Part shown: in pieces, positions 10,615-22,403 of the stretch
Numbering within the stretch: position 1 is the stretch's first letter
Layout of the letters: every line of letters starts with the position of its first letter
Assembly: GCF_006345805.1 (NCBI RefSeq)
Contig: NW_021834470.1
Location: 1,007-65,006 of the forward strand
Source of the DNA: Octopus sinensis
Taxonomy: Eukaryota
Reading direction: 5' to 3'
Length of the DNA: 64,000 nt
Notes under the pieces: model-generated
Databases searched by the model: none
What the model was told of the DNA's origin: nothing
Seen by the model: only the letters and a program-made list of their open reading frames with translations
Translations under genes and position numbers: made by a program

Positions 10615-12650
10615 GCTAAGGAGCAGGCACTGATCAACAAATGCCTCGCGAGAGCCCATGGAAACTCACTAGTGTCGATGTGGGTGGATGTGAAGAAGGC
10701 ATATGACTCGGTTGATCATGCTTACCTCGTTGAGTGTCTGCGAAGGCTTAAGTTGCCAATGTGGTGTATCAAATTTGTTGCAACTGTGATGGACAGGTGG
10801 AACGTGCATCTACATTACAACAAATGCGATATAGGCGAGGTGAAGCTAGAGAGGGGCATATTACAGGGCGACAGCATGTCTCCGCTGCTGTTCGTCCTCT
10901 GCCTAGAACCGCTGAGTAGAGTCCTCACTGCCCAATTCGAACAAATGTCGATCGAACATGAAGGAGGGTGTTTTAGCACCAACCATCTCATGTTCATAGA
11001 CGACATTAAGCTGTTCGCTTGGTCTTCAGAGATCCTCCACTCGATGGGCAAAGTCCTGAAAGGTTTCATGAAGGCCGTGGGGTTGGAGCTCAACTACAAC
11101 TGGTCGGCGACTAACACCCCTGTGTGCGGTGACCTAGTCAAAGTCTTAGAGGAACACCAAGGGTATAAGTATTGGTGTGGTTGAGATTCCAGCCTCATTA
11201 ATCACACCCGAAACGAGAAAGTGTGTAGTGGAGGGTGTGCGTAGTAGGGCGGCAAGTTATGTAAGACTCGGCTCAATGCATGGAACTTATTTCATGCATT
11301 GAACGAGTAAGCCATCTCATTGCTAAAATACTACGTTGGCCTGGTCAAATTCGAGCCGAGTGAGTACGATGAAATGGACCTTATTGTCCTAAGAGTACTC
11401 CGAGAGAATCATGTCCACGTGTTGGCAAGCAATAAAGAGAGATTATACTTGTCTCGCGGGCAGCTAGGACGTGGACTGAGTAACATCGTACACTTAAGTG
11501 AGCGAATTCTTACTAAGATGCACAACACCTTGTGGAGTGGGTCGAGTGTATCCCAAAGGAAGGCTGCCATCCTTGCTGCTGATAAAGCGCGTGGTACACA
11601 CCTAGGAACCATAAAAGGCTATGTGTCGGCTAAGTATGGTCTAGGTGCTACCCAAGTTAATGTGAAGGAGTTGATCAAACTTCAAAAGGAGGCTTTAATA
11701 AAAAGATCAACTAAAAGTCCTTCACAAGACCCTCTTTAGCACCCTGGACAACCCGCACATTACGTATCGTCGTCATCAACGTGGCTGAAATATGGGAATA
11801 ACTCAGAAGGGTTATTCTCATATTTGCAGGATAGAAACGTTTTTATTGGTCAACGGAAACAGTGTAACCACTGTAAAAGTAAGGCGATGACCGTTGACCA
11901 TTTAGCCACGAAGTGCAGGAGTATGCTTTACCATGATTACACATGGAGGCATAACGATGTGGTGAGGTCCCTCCATCTTCTGCTCTGCAATAAGTATGGC
12001 TTGAGGCGGTCCAGAAAGTTGCGAACCCATCGAGTTCAATCGGTGTGTGAGAACTCGAAGGTGTGCATTAAGGTGGATATCCCAATACGCACCTCGATTG
12101 TTGTCCAGCACAACAGACCCGACATTGTGGTCCACGATAAGGTCACCGGGGAGATTGTTATCGTGGAGGTGGGCATCACGTGCCTAGACCGTTTGCAGAC
12201 AGTGGAAGTAGAGAAAAAGAGAAAGTATGACCACCTTGCAAACGAGCTAGGGCTGATGCACCAGTGCAAAGTCCATGTCATTCCGTGTGTGATGACATGG
12301 GATGGACTGGTCACCAAATACCACAAGTGGTACTTAAGACAGTTGGATGTAGATAAGTCTCTACAGGCTTATATACAGTCAACTGTTCTTAAGAGGACTC
12401 TGGAAAGTGTCTCGTTTGATGCTCGCCGATCCAACCCTTTCCTGACGTTTAGTCAGCGAGAGGCGCTGGACTGCACCTTCTCGAAGGTCTACAGTGCCAG
12501 AAAAGAAGAGAAGGAAGGGGAGGAGGTGCGTGGAGTGCCACCTTCTGCTCACTTCGAAGGCTCTGGACTTAGTTAGTAAAATTACTTAGTTAATTAGTTT
12601 CTTTTTTGTTAGTGTTATTCTTTGCAGTTTGAGATCCGGATATTACATTT
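10615..12650 (+). mobile_element. R4/Dong-like RLE non-LTR retrotransposon, 5'-truncated
   Basis: RT motifs RGAKEQAL, DVKKAYDSVDH, GILQGDSMSPLLFVL and FIDDIKL; ERLYLSRGQLGRGL; CCHC finger CNHC...DHLATKC; RHNDVV; RLE core NRPDIVVHD...IVEVGIT...EKKRKY. Confidence 0.9.
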
Positions 12651-12739
12651 CGGAAATTGACCTGCATACATTGTTTTCGATTGATTATTATTCTATCGTA
12701 CAAAATTTAATCTATAATATAAATCTATATATGCGAGCT

Positions 12740-13830
12740 CTTAAAGTTTGATCAGATTGTTAATGAAAAGATTTTCGGAAGCAGTTTTGATTATTTCCTT
12801 TGACGAAATCGGTTGGACGCCAGGAAAACTCCCCGTCAGGTTCGGAGGGGTCGGTCTTCGCTTGCATAAAGATCTGGCGCCACACGCACATTTCTCTTCG
12901 ATTTCCAGGAGCCGACAACTTGTCCGAGAAGTTCTACTCCCCTTCAAAACTCTCTCTGGATTTGCCGACTGCCGACCTCCTGGAATTCTGGACCAACTCC
13001 AACCTTCAGATCCTTTCTGAGATGTCCTGACAGAGGGATTGGGACGAGATCTGGGCAGCACACTCGTTCTCTACGCTCCAACCGGCCTTGGACCAACACC
13101 GCCAAGCGTGCTTGCTTGCTGCAGCACACGAGCATAGCGGATACTGGCTCGACGCTTATCCGGCGTCATCGACGGGTTCCCTATTAGACAACGAAACACT
13201 GCGTATCGAGGTCGCTCTTCGGCTGAGGCTTGATGTCTGCGCCCCTCATCCCTGCCGATGCGAAGGTACGGTGGACGTGAAAGGCCTTCACCCCCTCTCC
13301 TGCCGCCGGAGCGTAGGCCACTCGCCTCGCCATAGAGCAATCAACGACGTAATCTCAAGAGCACTCAACCCTGCTGGGTTCCCCAACGTGCTAGAACCAG
13401 CCGGATTGGACAGAGGTGACGGCAAACGCCCGGACGGGATGACCACCTTCCCATTCCGGAATGGCAATTGCCTGATCTGGGACGCCACCGCTTTATTATC
13501 TACATCTTCTTCTGGTTCGGCCATCTGCATTTTCATCTTCTTTGGCGGAAGCCTGCAAAGTCGAAAAGTACAAGAATCTTGCCACTCAGCATTCCTTCGT
13601 GCCTCTGGCTTTTGAGACATCAGGCGCTTCCGGTCCGCTCACCTCATACTTCATGAGAGACCTGGTATCCTTATTGCTCGGAAGAAAATGGATGCTCGCG
13701 AGTCCTCTTGGCTGAGGCACAGGATCTCACTCGCACTCGTACGCGGCAACGAGCAAGCAATCCGTTCGGCTGGGCTCTAACTCCCGCCCCGTCGCGCTTG
13801 CAGCTCACTTCCTGACGTTGTTATTTTGAT
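12740..13830 (+). mobile_element. CRE-like RLE retrotransposon (third subfamily), 5'-truncated
   Basis: LPVRFGGVGLR, SGYWLDAYP, CxPHPCRC, GLHPLSCRRS, GKRPDG, LIWDAT, FLPLAFETSG and RISLALVRGN. Confidence 0.85.
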
Positions 13831-14029
13831 TAAACTGTTTATAAAAATTATAAGTTTTAGTTTCCGAGGTTGGTAACAAGCCAAACATCTTTTTACTCGA
13901 CAAATTGAGGAACACAATCAGTCTTATATAGATTATTTTCTAAATCGCTGTTAAACTCGATTTCAAAAACGCTTTTGACAGCGTTAAGAGAGATCGAATT
14001 ATTCAGACCTCCATCAAAGGGCCTCTTGG

Positions 14030-14510
14030 TCGATCCTAGTGGGCTCGAATATGGACGGGATTCCGGCGACTTCTAAGGCTCTTCTGATGAGATCTTTTAG
14101 AGCATATGGCCAGCGCTGCGTTTACATGAAACGTTCTTTTGAATCTTTGTTGGTTCTATTCTTTGCAGTTAGAGTTCCGGATATTACACTTTGGTTTTTC
14201 CAGTAAATCTCGTTCGCGGTGCTCAAAAAAGAACTTAATTTAATCGAAGTTGGCATTACCTTATAAGATGGTTTAAACTAAGTTGAAGTGGCAAAAAATT
14301 CACAAATAAGACCTTCTTGTAAACGAACTATCAATCTCGATTAACCAAAAGTAAAGGTTATTCAAATTGTCTTGACATGGGATGGAGTTGTTTAAAAGTT
14401 ATTTAAAAGTCATTAATAAGTTATCCATTAAATAAGGAACTAGGAAATACACTCGGTTATGCTGAAGAGCACGCTTAAAAGTATGCTCATTGAACACAGA
14501 CAGTTATAAA
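14030..14510 (+). mobile_element. Two decayed R4/Dong-like 3' fragments
   Basis: RSFRAYGQRCVYMKRSFESLLV, followed by a copy of the 3' UTR motif seen at ~12615 (tattctttgcagtt..ga..ccggatattac). Then NLIEVGITL...DLLVNEL...IVLTWDGVV...LKSTLKSMLIEHR. Confidence 0.6.
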
Positions 14511-14519
14511 AGACGTTAC

Positions 14520-15300
14520 TGTTCTAAACCCTTAGCTGATGCCTTCTTTTTATTGAAGGCGAACCACCAGGAACCCCTTAATGCCATCTGATCGCTAACC
14601 TGACGAAAGACTTACTCCCACTTGCTCTTACAATTGAACCTATCTATTCATCTAGAAAGAGCATTTAGGGCTTTTCGACTCAAAGACGTCAAGGATCTCA
14701 ATCTCCTCTCTTTTTTCGGCCATTACTAGTCTGGTAAGTTGAAATTGGACAGGAGACATCACTCCCTTGGCCAGTAATTTTTTTCTCTGCAAACATTTTC
14801 CTTTGATAAAAAGGCTAGTGACAATGTGATGAATTCGCTCTGAAAATGGGAATTCCTAAAACTGCAGGACCAAATACATGTAGCTTGCAACTCAACTCAT
14901 GTTTTTACTCTGGTCGCTGTCAGATTCGGTTTTAAAAACGCTTTTAACAGCGTCAAGAGGGATCGAATTATTCAGACCTGCATTCCAAGAACCTCTAAGA
15001 TTGCCCATATAGTAGATCTCTTCTATTACTTTACAATTTCGCTTGTTTTTGAAAAAAATTGTTCTTTTACAGCCTGATGTGCTAGGAGATCTCCTAAGAC
15101 CATTTCTGCTTGTTTTTACCATTGAAGACATTGTACGGAGAGTGGAATCTGCAATCAACTTTTCGTTCTTGGACGATTTCCTATTTGAATCGAGCATCGG
15201 GGATTTTTATTGTCCAATCTTCGCGCTTTATACTCTCGGTCTGACTGTGAATGCTTTAAAAACTAAAATACCCGAATGTATTTTATCTATTCTAATTACA
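14520..15300 (+). mobile_element. Decayed CRE-like reverse transcriptase core
   Basis: FKNAFNSVKRDRII (a second copy is at ~13955-14005), LGDLLRPFLLVFTIEDIVRRVESAINFSFLDD (degenerate QGD..P / YLDD region) and LGLTVNALKT. Confidence 0.6.
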
Positions 15301-15434
15301 AAGTGATTGGATTTTAACATTTTAAATTGTTCTATTTCTGTTGTTAATTGTTAATTGTTATTCTATTATTTTGTACAATCAATGTTTTATTTTTATAATA
15401 TTTCCGTTTTCAATGTTATTCTATTATTTTGCGT

Positions 15435-16260
15435 ACAGAGCGAGATTTCCCAGCGAGAACGTGTCCGAACAGGTAGAATCCCAAATAAGGGATTTCCCCT
15501 GCTCGTATGGGAAGGTGGTAATGGTCCACGAAGCGAAGCATTGTACTGTCTTTTGCAAGATAGGAATTTGTTCTTTGCATACACGGGATCACTATGCGTC
15601 CACTGCAAAAAAGCAGGCAGACTGTTGACCATTTAGCTACGCGGTGTGGTAGGATGCTAAACAGTGATTATCTCCGAAGACACAACGAAGTGGTAAAGTG
15701 TATTCATCTCCACTTGTGTCGAATGTATGGAATAAAACGAAGCAGGAAATTGAAAGGACATTCAGTTGTGTCAATCTTCGTTTATGACAAGAGGAAAAGA
15801 GAAATTCATTTAATCGAAGTGGGAGTTACCTCGCAAGACCGTTTAAAGCAAGTTGAAGTGGAGAAATTTCACAAATATGACCTGCTTGCAAACGAACTGT
15901 CGGTTCTCTATGAAGCAAAAGTGAAGATTATTCCAATTGTCTTGACATGAGATGGAGTTGTCTCAAAGTTCTTTAAAAGTCATATGGACAAGTTATCCAT
16001 TGAAGAAGGAACGAGGACATACATCCAGTCGGTTGTGCTGAAGAGGACTCTAGAGAGTATGCTTATTGAACACAGACATGGGATGAAGGTAGACAACGAG
16101 GAGTACGCCTCTGCCGCCAATCAACTTGCGGAGCTGGCATGTCGTAAGGACACTCAGTTGAACAATTACTTTGACGCAGAATGGAAAATGATGAGAATTT
16201 TGTTGCAAACTCTTCTTCCAAGCGAAGAAAAGAAATCACTGACGATCTGGATTCTTAAAT
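15435..16260 (+). mobile_element. R4/Dong-like 3' fragment with an 84-bp CRE-derived segment at its 5' junction
   Basis: 15435-15518 is identical to 18224-18307. It is followed by NGPRSEALYCLLQDRN, CVHC...DHLATRC, RHNEVVKCIHL, IEVGVTSQD and EKFHKYDLLANEL. Confidence 0.85.
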
Positions 16261-16342
16261 AATTTAAGATAGAATTTACATAATTTATTTATTTGTTGAT
16301 CTTTCCGTTTTTTATTCGTTTGATGGTTAATTAATTTGACTA

Positions 16343-17771
16343 CAGTCCGACCTTGAATTGGAACACTAAGTGTTCCAAAAACTGAGGTTTTTCCAAAAAC
16401 TGAGGTTTTGTCAAAAAATTAATATCAATATAAATTTAATAATTTAATTAATGCAAAAAAGTCTTAAATATTATTATTTATTGAAAAATAGTCATCGATC
16501 CTTTTTCCATAACCATAATTTTTCTTCAAACTACTGAACAAATTTTGTCTGAAACAGTAAAAATCATTTAACAAAATTGGAGCTATGTCTAGAACTGATT
16601 CTTCCAATTCATTCACTTTTGTTACTACTTCTTTGACCGTAGTCTGTTTATTTTGCATACCACTGTAAAAAATTTCTTCATTATCGCTGTTTTCCGTATT
16701 TTCCAACACTTCGTCTACAACTTGTTCTGTAACATCATCCGTCAGATTATCAGAAACAACAAATATTTCATTGCCGAAAATATTATCCCAACAATTTGTA
16801 ATTATTTCGGAGGATACATTTTGCCACGATTTCGATACTATTATCAATGATTGGCGTAAATTAATTTAAAACCTTAAAACAATGCGAGAAAAAGTAAAAT
16901 TACCAATTTTTTTGATAAGAGGACCTGAAACTGGAATATGTTGGAGCCGTAATTGTTGAAAAACGTCGAGAACTTTACTATCCAATGTTTTAAAAATATC
17001 GTCAGTTTTTGTTTCAGTCCGAAAATTTAGAATAATGTTCCCACAGGTTATTTGCGGCGTAATCGTTTTTTTATTCGAGCAATTGTGCCAATGCTCGTTT
17101 CATATTTTTGAGCAAGTACTCTGTGTGAATGACTTTTTAGTTGTCGAGCAATTCAACCTTTTTCTCGTAACTGAGACCCATAATGATTTAGCGTGAAGTT
17201 TTTTTTAATCTTATTTATTTATTTATTAAAGACCAAAGACGGGTAAGCCAGTTAATTATAATAATCCCCGTGATCGCCGATCCAAACGAGGGAGATCCTA
17301 CTGAAAGGTTCGATCCTGCCCGCATGATCGGCCTGAGACGACGATGTCCCAGGATCTGAGATCTAAAAGTCCTTTTTCGGTAGGCATTAAGTGCCTCCTG
17401 AGCGTTGGCATATCCGAATGGAAATTTCCAACTGACATGGTGGACCCCATAACGCCACGCTAAGACCGGAAGGAAAGTAAGAGATCCCCATTTCCAACTG
17501 TGTCGTGCCAGAAGTACTCGTTGCCTCACGGGCAGGGGAACGATAACGAGAATTGACCCCAGGATGAAAAATGGAATTATTTATTTAATTTCAATCCAGG
17601 ATAAATCCAAATTAATTAATTTTTTTAATGACTAGAAATAAATAATAAATTTTGTTCCAAATCGAGGTTTTCATTTAAAAGAATTATTTATTATAAGCAG
17701 AGATCCTACAAAGTGTTCCAAAAACTGAGGTGTTCTAGCCCCGAGGTCTGTTCCAAATCGAGGTTGGACTG
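16343..17771 (-). mobile_element. pogo/Tigger-like DNA transposon, internally deleted, TA-flanked
   Basis: TA|cagtccgaccttgaattggaaca ... tgttccaaatcgaggttggactg|TA. Residual HTH-psq (EKVELLD..KSHSHRVLAQKYETSIGTIARIKK), CENP-B-like (LDSKVLDVFQQLRLQHIPVSGPLIK) and C-terminal (SKSWQNVSSEIITNCW) pieces; the DDD core is missing. Confidence 0.85.
17212..17575 (-). mobile_element. GC-richer insert ending in (TAAA)n inside the pogo 5' region; LINE 3' end or SINE-like
   Basis: Sharp compositional contrast with its flanks. The mirror copy ends ...ggtctttaataaataaataaataag, and aaataaataa also precedes the insert. No recognisable protein motif. Confidence 0.5.
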
Positions 17772-17889
17772 TACTGCTAAAATATCCTGAATAAAGTTTA
17801 TTTTGCACGTAAATTTGTATTTATTTTATCAATTAATTAATCTCGACTAATATTGACTTTTTGAATTAAATTTATATTATTTTGATTTT

Positions 17890-18950
17890 TTTATCATATA
17901 ATAACCATATCTAAAAGTAAAAAGATAGCTAAGCTAATTAAAGGCCTCACGAAACACCCGGCCAGCCTCGCGAATGGCGAAGCCGTTCCCTCGGATCACA
18001 GCAATCGACAGACGTTCCAGGAGCCAAGAATACTCTCTTGGATCGTGGCTAGTCCTTGAAATCCGTCGACCGAGCGAGCGAAGGAAGCGGAGTGTCTTGG
18101 GGCCGAAGATCCCGGAGGAATCCACGGCAATTGGAGTAAAGACCAGCGAGTTGGAGAGGTGGCCGTACTTGAGAATCTTTCGCTCCTCGGCCTGCCTCGA
18201 AGCGTGCCCAGGATTGGCGGCGGACAGAGCGAGATTTCCCAGCGAGAACGTGTCCGAACAGGTAGAATCCCAAATAAGGGATTTCCCCTGCTCGTATGGG
18301 AAGGTGGACATGCCGTCTGGGCGTTTGCCATCCCCTCTATCCAATCCAACAGGTTCAAGGATTGACGGGATGCCAGCTGAAGCGAGGGCTTTTTGTATGA
18401 TCGAGTTGAGTTCACTGTGACAGGGGCCACGACCGGCACTCCGCCGGCAAGCGAGGGGATGCAAACCGTACTCGTCAACAGTTCCCCCACAACGGCATTT
18501 GTAAGTCTGGCAGATTTTCAGCCCGACACGGAGGGAGATTGCAATTCTTAGGCATTCCTTGTCCACCAGGTTCCCGATGGAAGGGAGAGGGAGAGCCTTT
18601 AACCAGACACCGCTGCCTTCGCAGCTACTTGCACGGAGGCAAGCGACACGGTGTTGATTGGAGACAGGAAGGAGGCCTTCGAAAATTGCCTGACAAGAGA
18701 TTTCGTCCCATTGACGCTGTACAGATTGAGAATTGGGCAGCTTCGAACCAAACCGAGCCTCCCACCGACCACGGCAGCAGAGTAATCTTCAGACAATTTC
18801 GTTCGGGGAGGTTTCTAAGAACGATGTCTGAGAGAGTACGAAAGCGAGCGTAGTGGGCGGATAGGAATGTGGGGGAGGCAAGATCGGAATAGGATCTCAA
18901 GCCAAGGCCGCCCCAGCGCACAGGCAGGCAATACGGATCCCCGAAATCCT
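17890..18950 (-). mobile_element. CRE-like RLE retrotransposon (fourth subfamily), 5'-truncated
   Basis: Same element as the open 328-aa frame at 44841-45827. A-tail, and aatcaaaataa on both flanks as a probable TSD. Confidence 0.88.
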
Positions 18951-19799
18951 TTATTTTGATTCTTTTTGAATTAAATTTATATTAATTTATATTATTTTGA
19001 TCTTTAAAATTGATAACCTCACATTTATTGGTGTTTAGGGTTAGGCAGTGGGTTTCCTTTTTGGAATCCAGAACACGATGGAATGTAATATTGGCCGTGC
19101 ACCAGACTGGATGGTTTTCAATATGAGCTATGAATATACCTATACACTGATGGGTAGTATGTAAAGCAATCCTCCAGAAGTGTATCACGTCGTATCGAGT
19201 TGAAGTCATTTTTAATGTCAATTTTGACGATTGCGAAAGGAATGTTTTCGTACTTTTCAGACTAATGGACATATACAGAATGTATTGTTTTTAAAATTTT
19301 TTCTCAATTTTGTGGTCCCGTACTATCCTTTTGTTCTCAAAAAAGCATTTGATTTTCCGACGCTTTTGGGATGATTAAAGACTTGTTGCCGAGAAAATAA
19401 TGAATGTTTCGGAAAGAATCTTGTGACAAATCGTTCAACTCTGTTGGATTTTTTTTTTTTGTTTTTTTGTTTTTTTTATTTTTTTTAATGTTGGAATTGT
19501 TGTATCAACTCGTATTTCTTAATGTCTTCAATATACTCAAGATTTTCTATATTAAAGAATTCTTCTTGATTATATAACTCTTTTAATTTTTTTAAAGCGA
19601 TTAAACCCTCGTTAATAGTAACAACTTTCTGACTTTGTTCAGACGATTTTTCGCCAATTTCTTATTCTATTTTTTCTAAATTATTTAATTCAAGTTCTTC
19701 ACTTTCGTTATACAGTCTCAATGTAAAGACTCTCTTCTAATGGATCAATTATAAAGCCTATTAACGACATGAACAATAATAAATTAATAGTTAATCAGA

Positions 19800-20900
19800 A
19801 ACGAAGCAGATCTCACTTCAGGTCGCTGATATCCACTCTCCTTCTCTTGGAAGAGAGGCCTACTTCCAGCTGCCTCTTACCTACCCATTACCACATCTGA
19901 TTTGACCATTGCATCTTCTTTAGCATTCATTGGGTCGTCTTCATCATTGCATGCCATCTCCACAACCGGTTGAAAGCAGAAGCGTATTCTTCACCAGATA
20001 CCTTCATTCCGTGCTTGCGTTCGATCATCATAATCTCGAGCGTTCTTTTCAGTACAACGGATTGGATGTATGTCCCCATTCCTACTTCAATAGATAGTTT
20101 CTTCATATAATTTTTGAAGCATTTCAAGACAACTTCATCCCATGTCATAACCACAGGAATTATTTTTACTTGACAACTATACAGAAGCGAAAGCTCATTG
20201 CCAGTAATCATACTTGTGACACTTTTCAATTTTCACTTGCTTGAGGCGATCCTGTGAAGTAATACCCACTACAATTAGATTTATTTCGTTTCTGATTTTG
20301 TCGTGGACAAAAATATCTGGCTTGTTGTATTCTACTTTTGTTTTGGTGAGGATTGTGTATCAATCCTGATTTCAACTTTTCCCGTCAACAGTGTTGACTG
20401 AACAGAATGTCCCTTCAATCTTCTTGCTTTTTAAGTCCATACATTCGGCACAAGTTAAGGTGGACACACTTCACAACTTCATTGTGTCTCGAGAGATAAT
20501 CACTGTGAGCATTTTACCACACTGAGTAGCCAAGTGATCAACAGTTTTCTTGCTTTTCTTACAATGATTGCATAATGAGCCAGCGGATGCAAAGAACAAG
20601 TTTCGATCTTTCAAAAGACAATACAATGCTTCGTTTCGTGGCCCATTATTTCTATAGATAGCCAGTATGAGGATGCAGGTAAATCAACATTAGGTTCATC
20701 CATACATTTGAAGAGCACAGAGTGTAGTACTTTAGAACTAATTTTCTTTTGTAAATATTGTATCTGACTGAACTCTAAATACTCAATAGTAATACTCTTC
20801 TTATCAATAATTGCATATTTAGAGGATAGAAATCCTGCGATCATAGCCAAATGCCATTTATTCATTTTAATTACACGCAGAATCCCCGCCCTCCCTAAGC
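19800..20900 (-). mobile_element. R4/Dong-like 3' fragment
   Basis: SKVLHSVLFKC, NGPRNEALYCLLKDRN, RHNEVVKCVHL, NKPDIFVHDK...IVVGITSQD, PVVMTWD and YIQSVVLKRTLE. Confidence 0.85.
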
Positions 20901-20959
20901 ATATTATTATTAAAAGCACTCCCGAGAAGTCATAAAACTAATTAAGTTTTCCTTGTGCC

Positions 20960-22370
20960 GCGTGAACAACAATACTGTTACACAACCTTCTCCAGGTTCC
21001 TCTCCTCTTTGCCAATTCTCTCAGGTTGTCGAGATCATCAGCAGTTTCGAGTTTCCTCCCAATAATTTTGAGATCCTGATTTAGCACCTATGGAAGTGTT
21101 GTCCTTGGTCTTCCTCGGAATGCGTCTCCGCATTGCATGAAATATGTTTCCATAGCAATGTTAGCAGGAGAGGCGACGTCCATCCGCAGAATGTGGCCAA
21201 ATAGCCTCCATCGTGATTTCAGGATTTCGATCGAAAGAATTTTTGAGTTGCATAATTTGTATAGGTTGTCGTTTGTGATCTTCTGCGGATAGCGGATGTG
21301 AGTGCTGCGCGTAATTGAGATCTATGGAAATGTCTAGTTTCTGATTTTCCAATTTTGTAGGTCCCCAGGTTCCACAGTGGTAGGTAAGGATTGGCAATAC
21401 AAACGAGTTGTATATCCTTATTTTCGTTTTTCCAGTTAGCTTCTTTTTAGTTCCCCATAGAGACATAAGCTTTCTAAAGGCTCCATTTGAAAGGATTTTC
21501 CTTCGGGTAACATCCTCTGTGTCTCCCAGGAGCGTTCCCAACTTTTTGTGCCTTCTCCATGATTCATCAATGCGTCTTTCCGATCGGCTTAAGGATATAT
21601 ATTCGGTTTTTTCAGTGTTCACAGTGAGAAACCATTTTTCGAATTTTTTCGGGAGCATATTATATATATTTGAGAATTTCTCTGTCGTCCGACTCAAAGT
21701 CCATGTCGTCTGCGTTGGATGTCTCTTAATAATCATTTTTTATAACTGATTTAAAGTCCCTCAGAGCGGCCTCAAGATACACAATAAAAAGCACGGAAGA
21801 TAGCGAGTCTCCTTGTGGAACACCCCGTGTTGTTTCGAATTATCTTGATGTCGTCTTTCCGACTTTAACGGCGAGTTGGGTGTTCACTAGGAGAAGATTT
21901 ATCATTCTTGTTTCTTCTGAATGGAGGCAGCTCTTAATACTTCCATAAGGAGCCCTCTGTGAACGGAGTCGAAGGCCCGAGTCATGTTTACCCCAAAAAT
22001 TTCAATACACTTTTTATATTTTTAGCACAGGGCACCAGTCCATCTGTATGTCCAAATTACATCAGCTGTTGATCTTCCCTCCCTGAATCCATTTTGTCCA
22101 TGGGATAGAAAACTGTTTACTCGGTCTTTGATTCGGGTCAGTATAATTAGCGATAATGTCTTTCTCAATGTCGATAGCAGAATAATCGGCCTCAGGTTGC
22201 CAGGAGGTCCTCTCGGTTTCCCGGGTTTTGGTAGTGGAATTAGCAATCCTTTTCCAATATCTAAGTTTCCGTTTTCTTTAATTGCTTTGTTCAGTATGTG
22301 TGTGATCACTTCGGCCAGCTCGATTGGTCCAAATTCAAAACATTGACAGCAAAGGAAAAGGGAACTGAAC
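20960..22370 (-). mobile_element. RTE-like LINE (RT domain to 3' end)
   Basis: LIPLPKPGKPRGPPGNLRPIILLS, QNGFREGRST, GVPQGDSLS, ADDMD, KKLGTLLG, IYNSFVLPILTYHCGTW, RWRLFGHIL and FRGRP. Confidence 0.9.
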
Positions 22371-22403
22371 TGAAGACACAACGTAAAAGAATATTAACAA
22401 AAA

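Noticed and set aside
17974-18921. Multiple antisense and alternate-frame ORFs over CRE elements (also 607-918, 1013-1577, 13071-13656 and their mirrors)
   Set aside because: These are shadow ORFs expected in GC-richer retrotransposon coding sequence.
19035-19045. Telomeric TTAGGG seed (ttagggttagg)
   Set aside because: Fewer than two full units; expected by chance, and no telomeric array occurs in the window.
18982-19272. LINE RT fragment (VWCTAN...LTLNTNKCEVINF)
   Set aside because: Only two short motifs with a non-canonical spacing; too weak to list as a feature.
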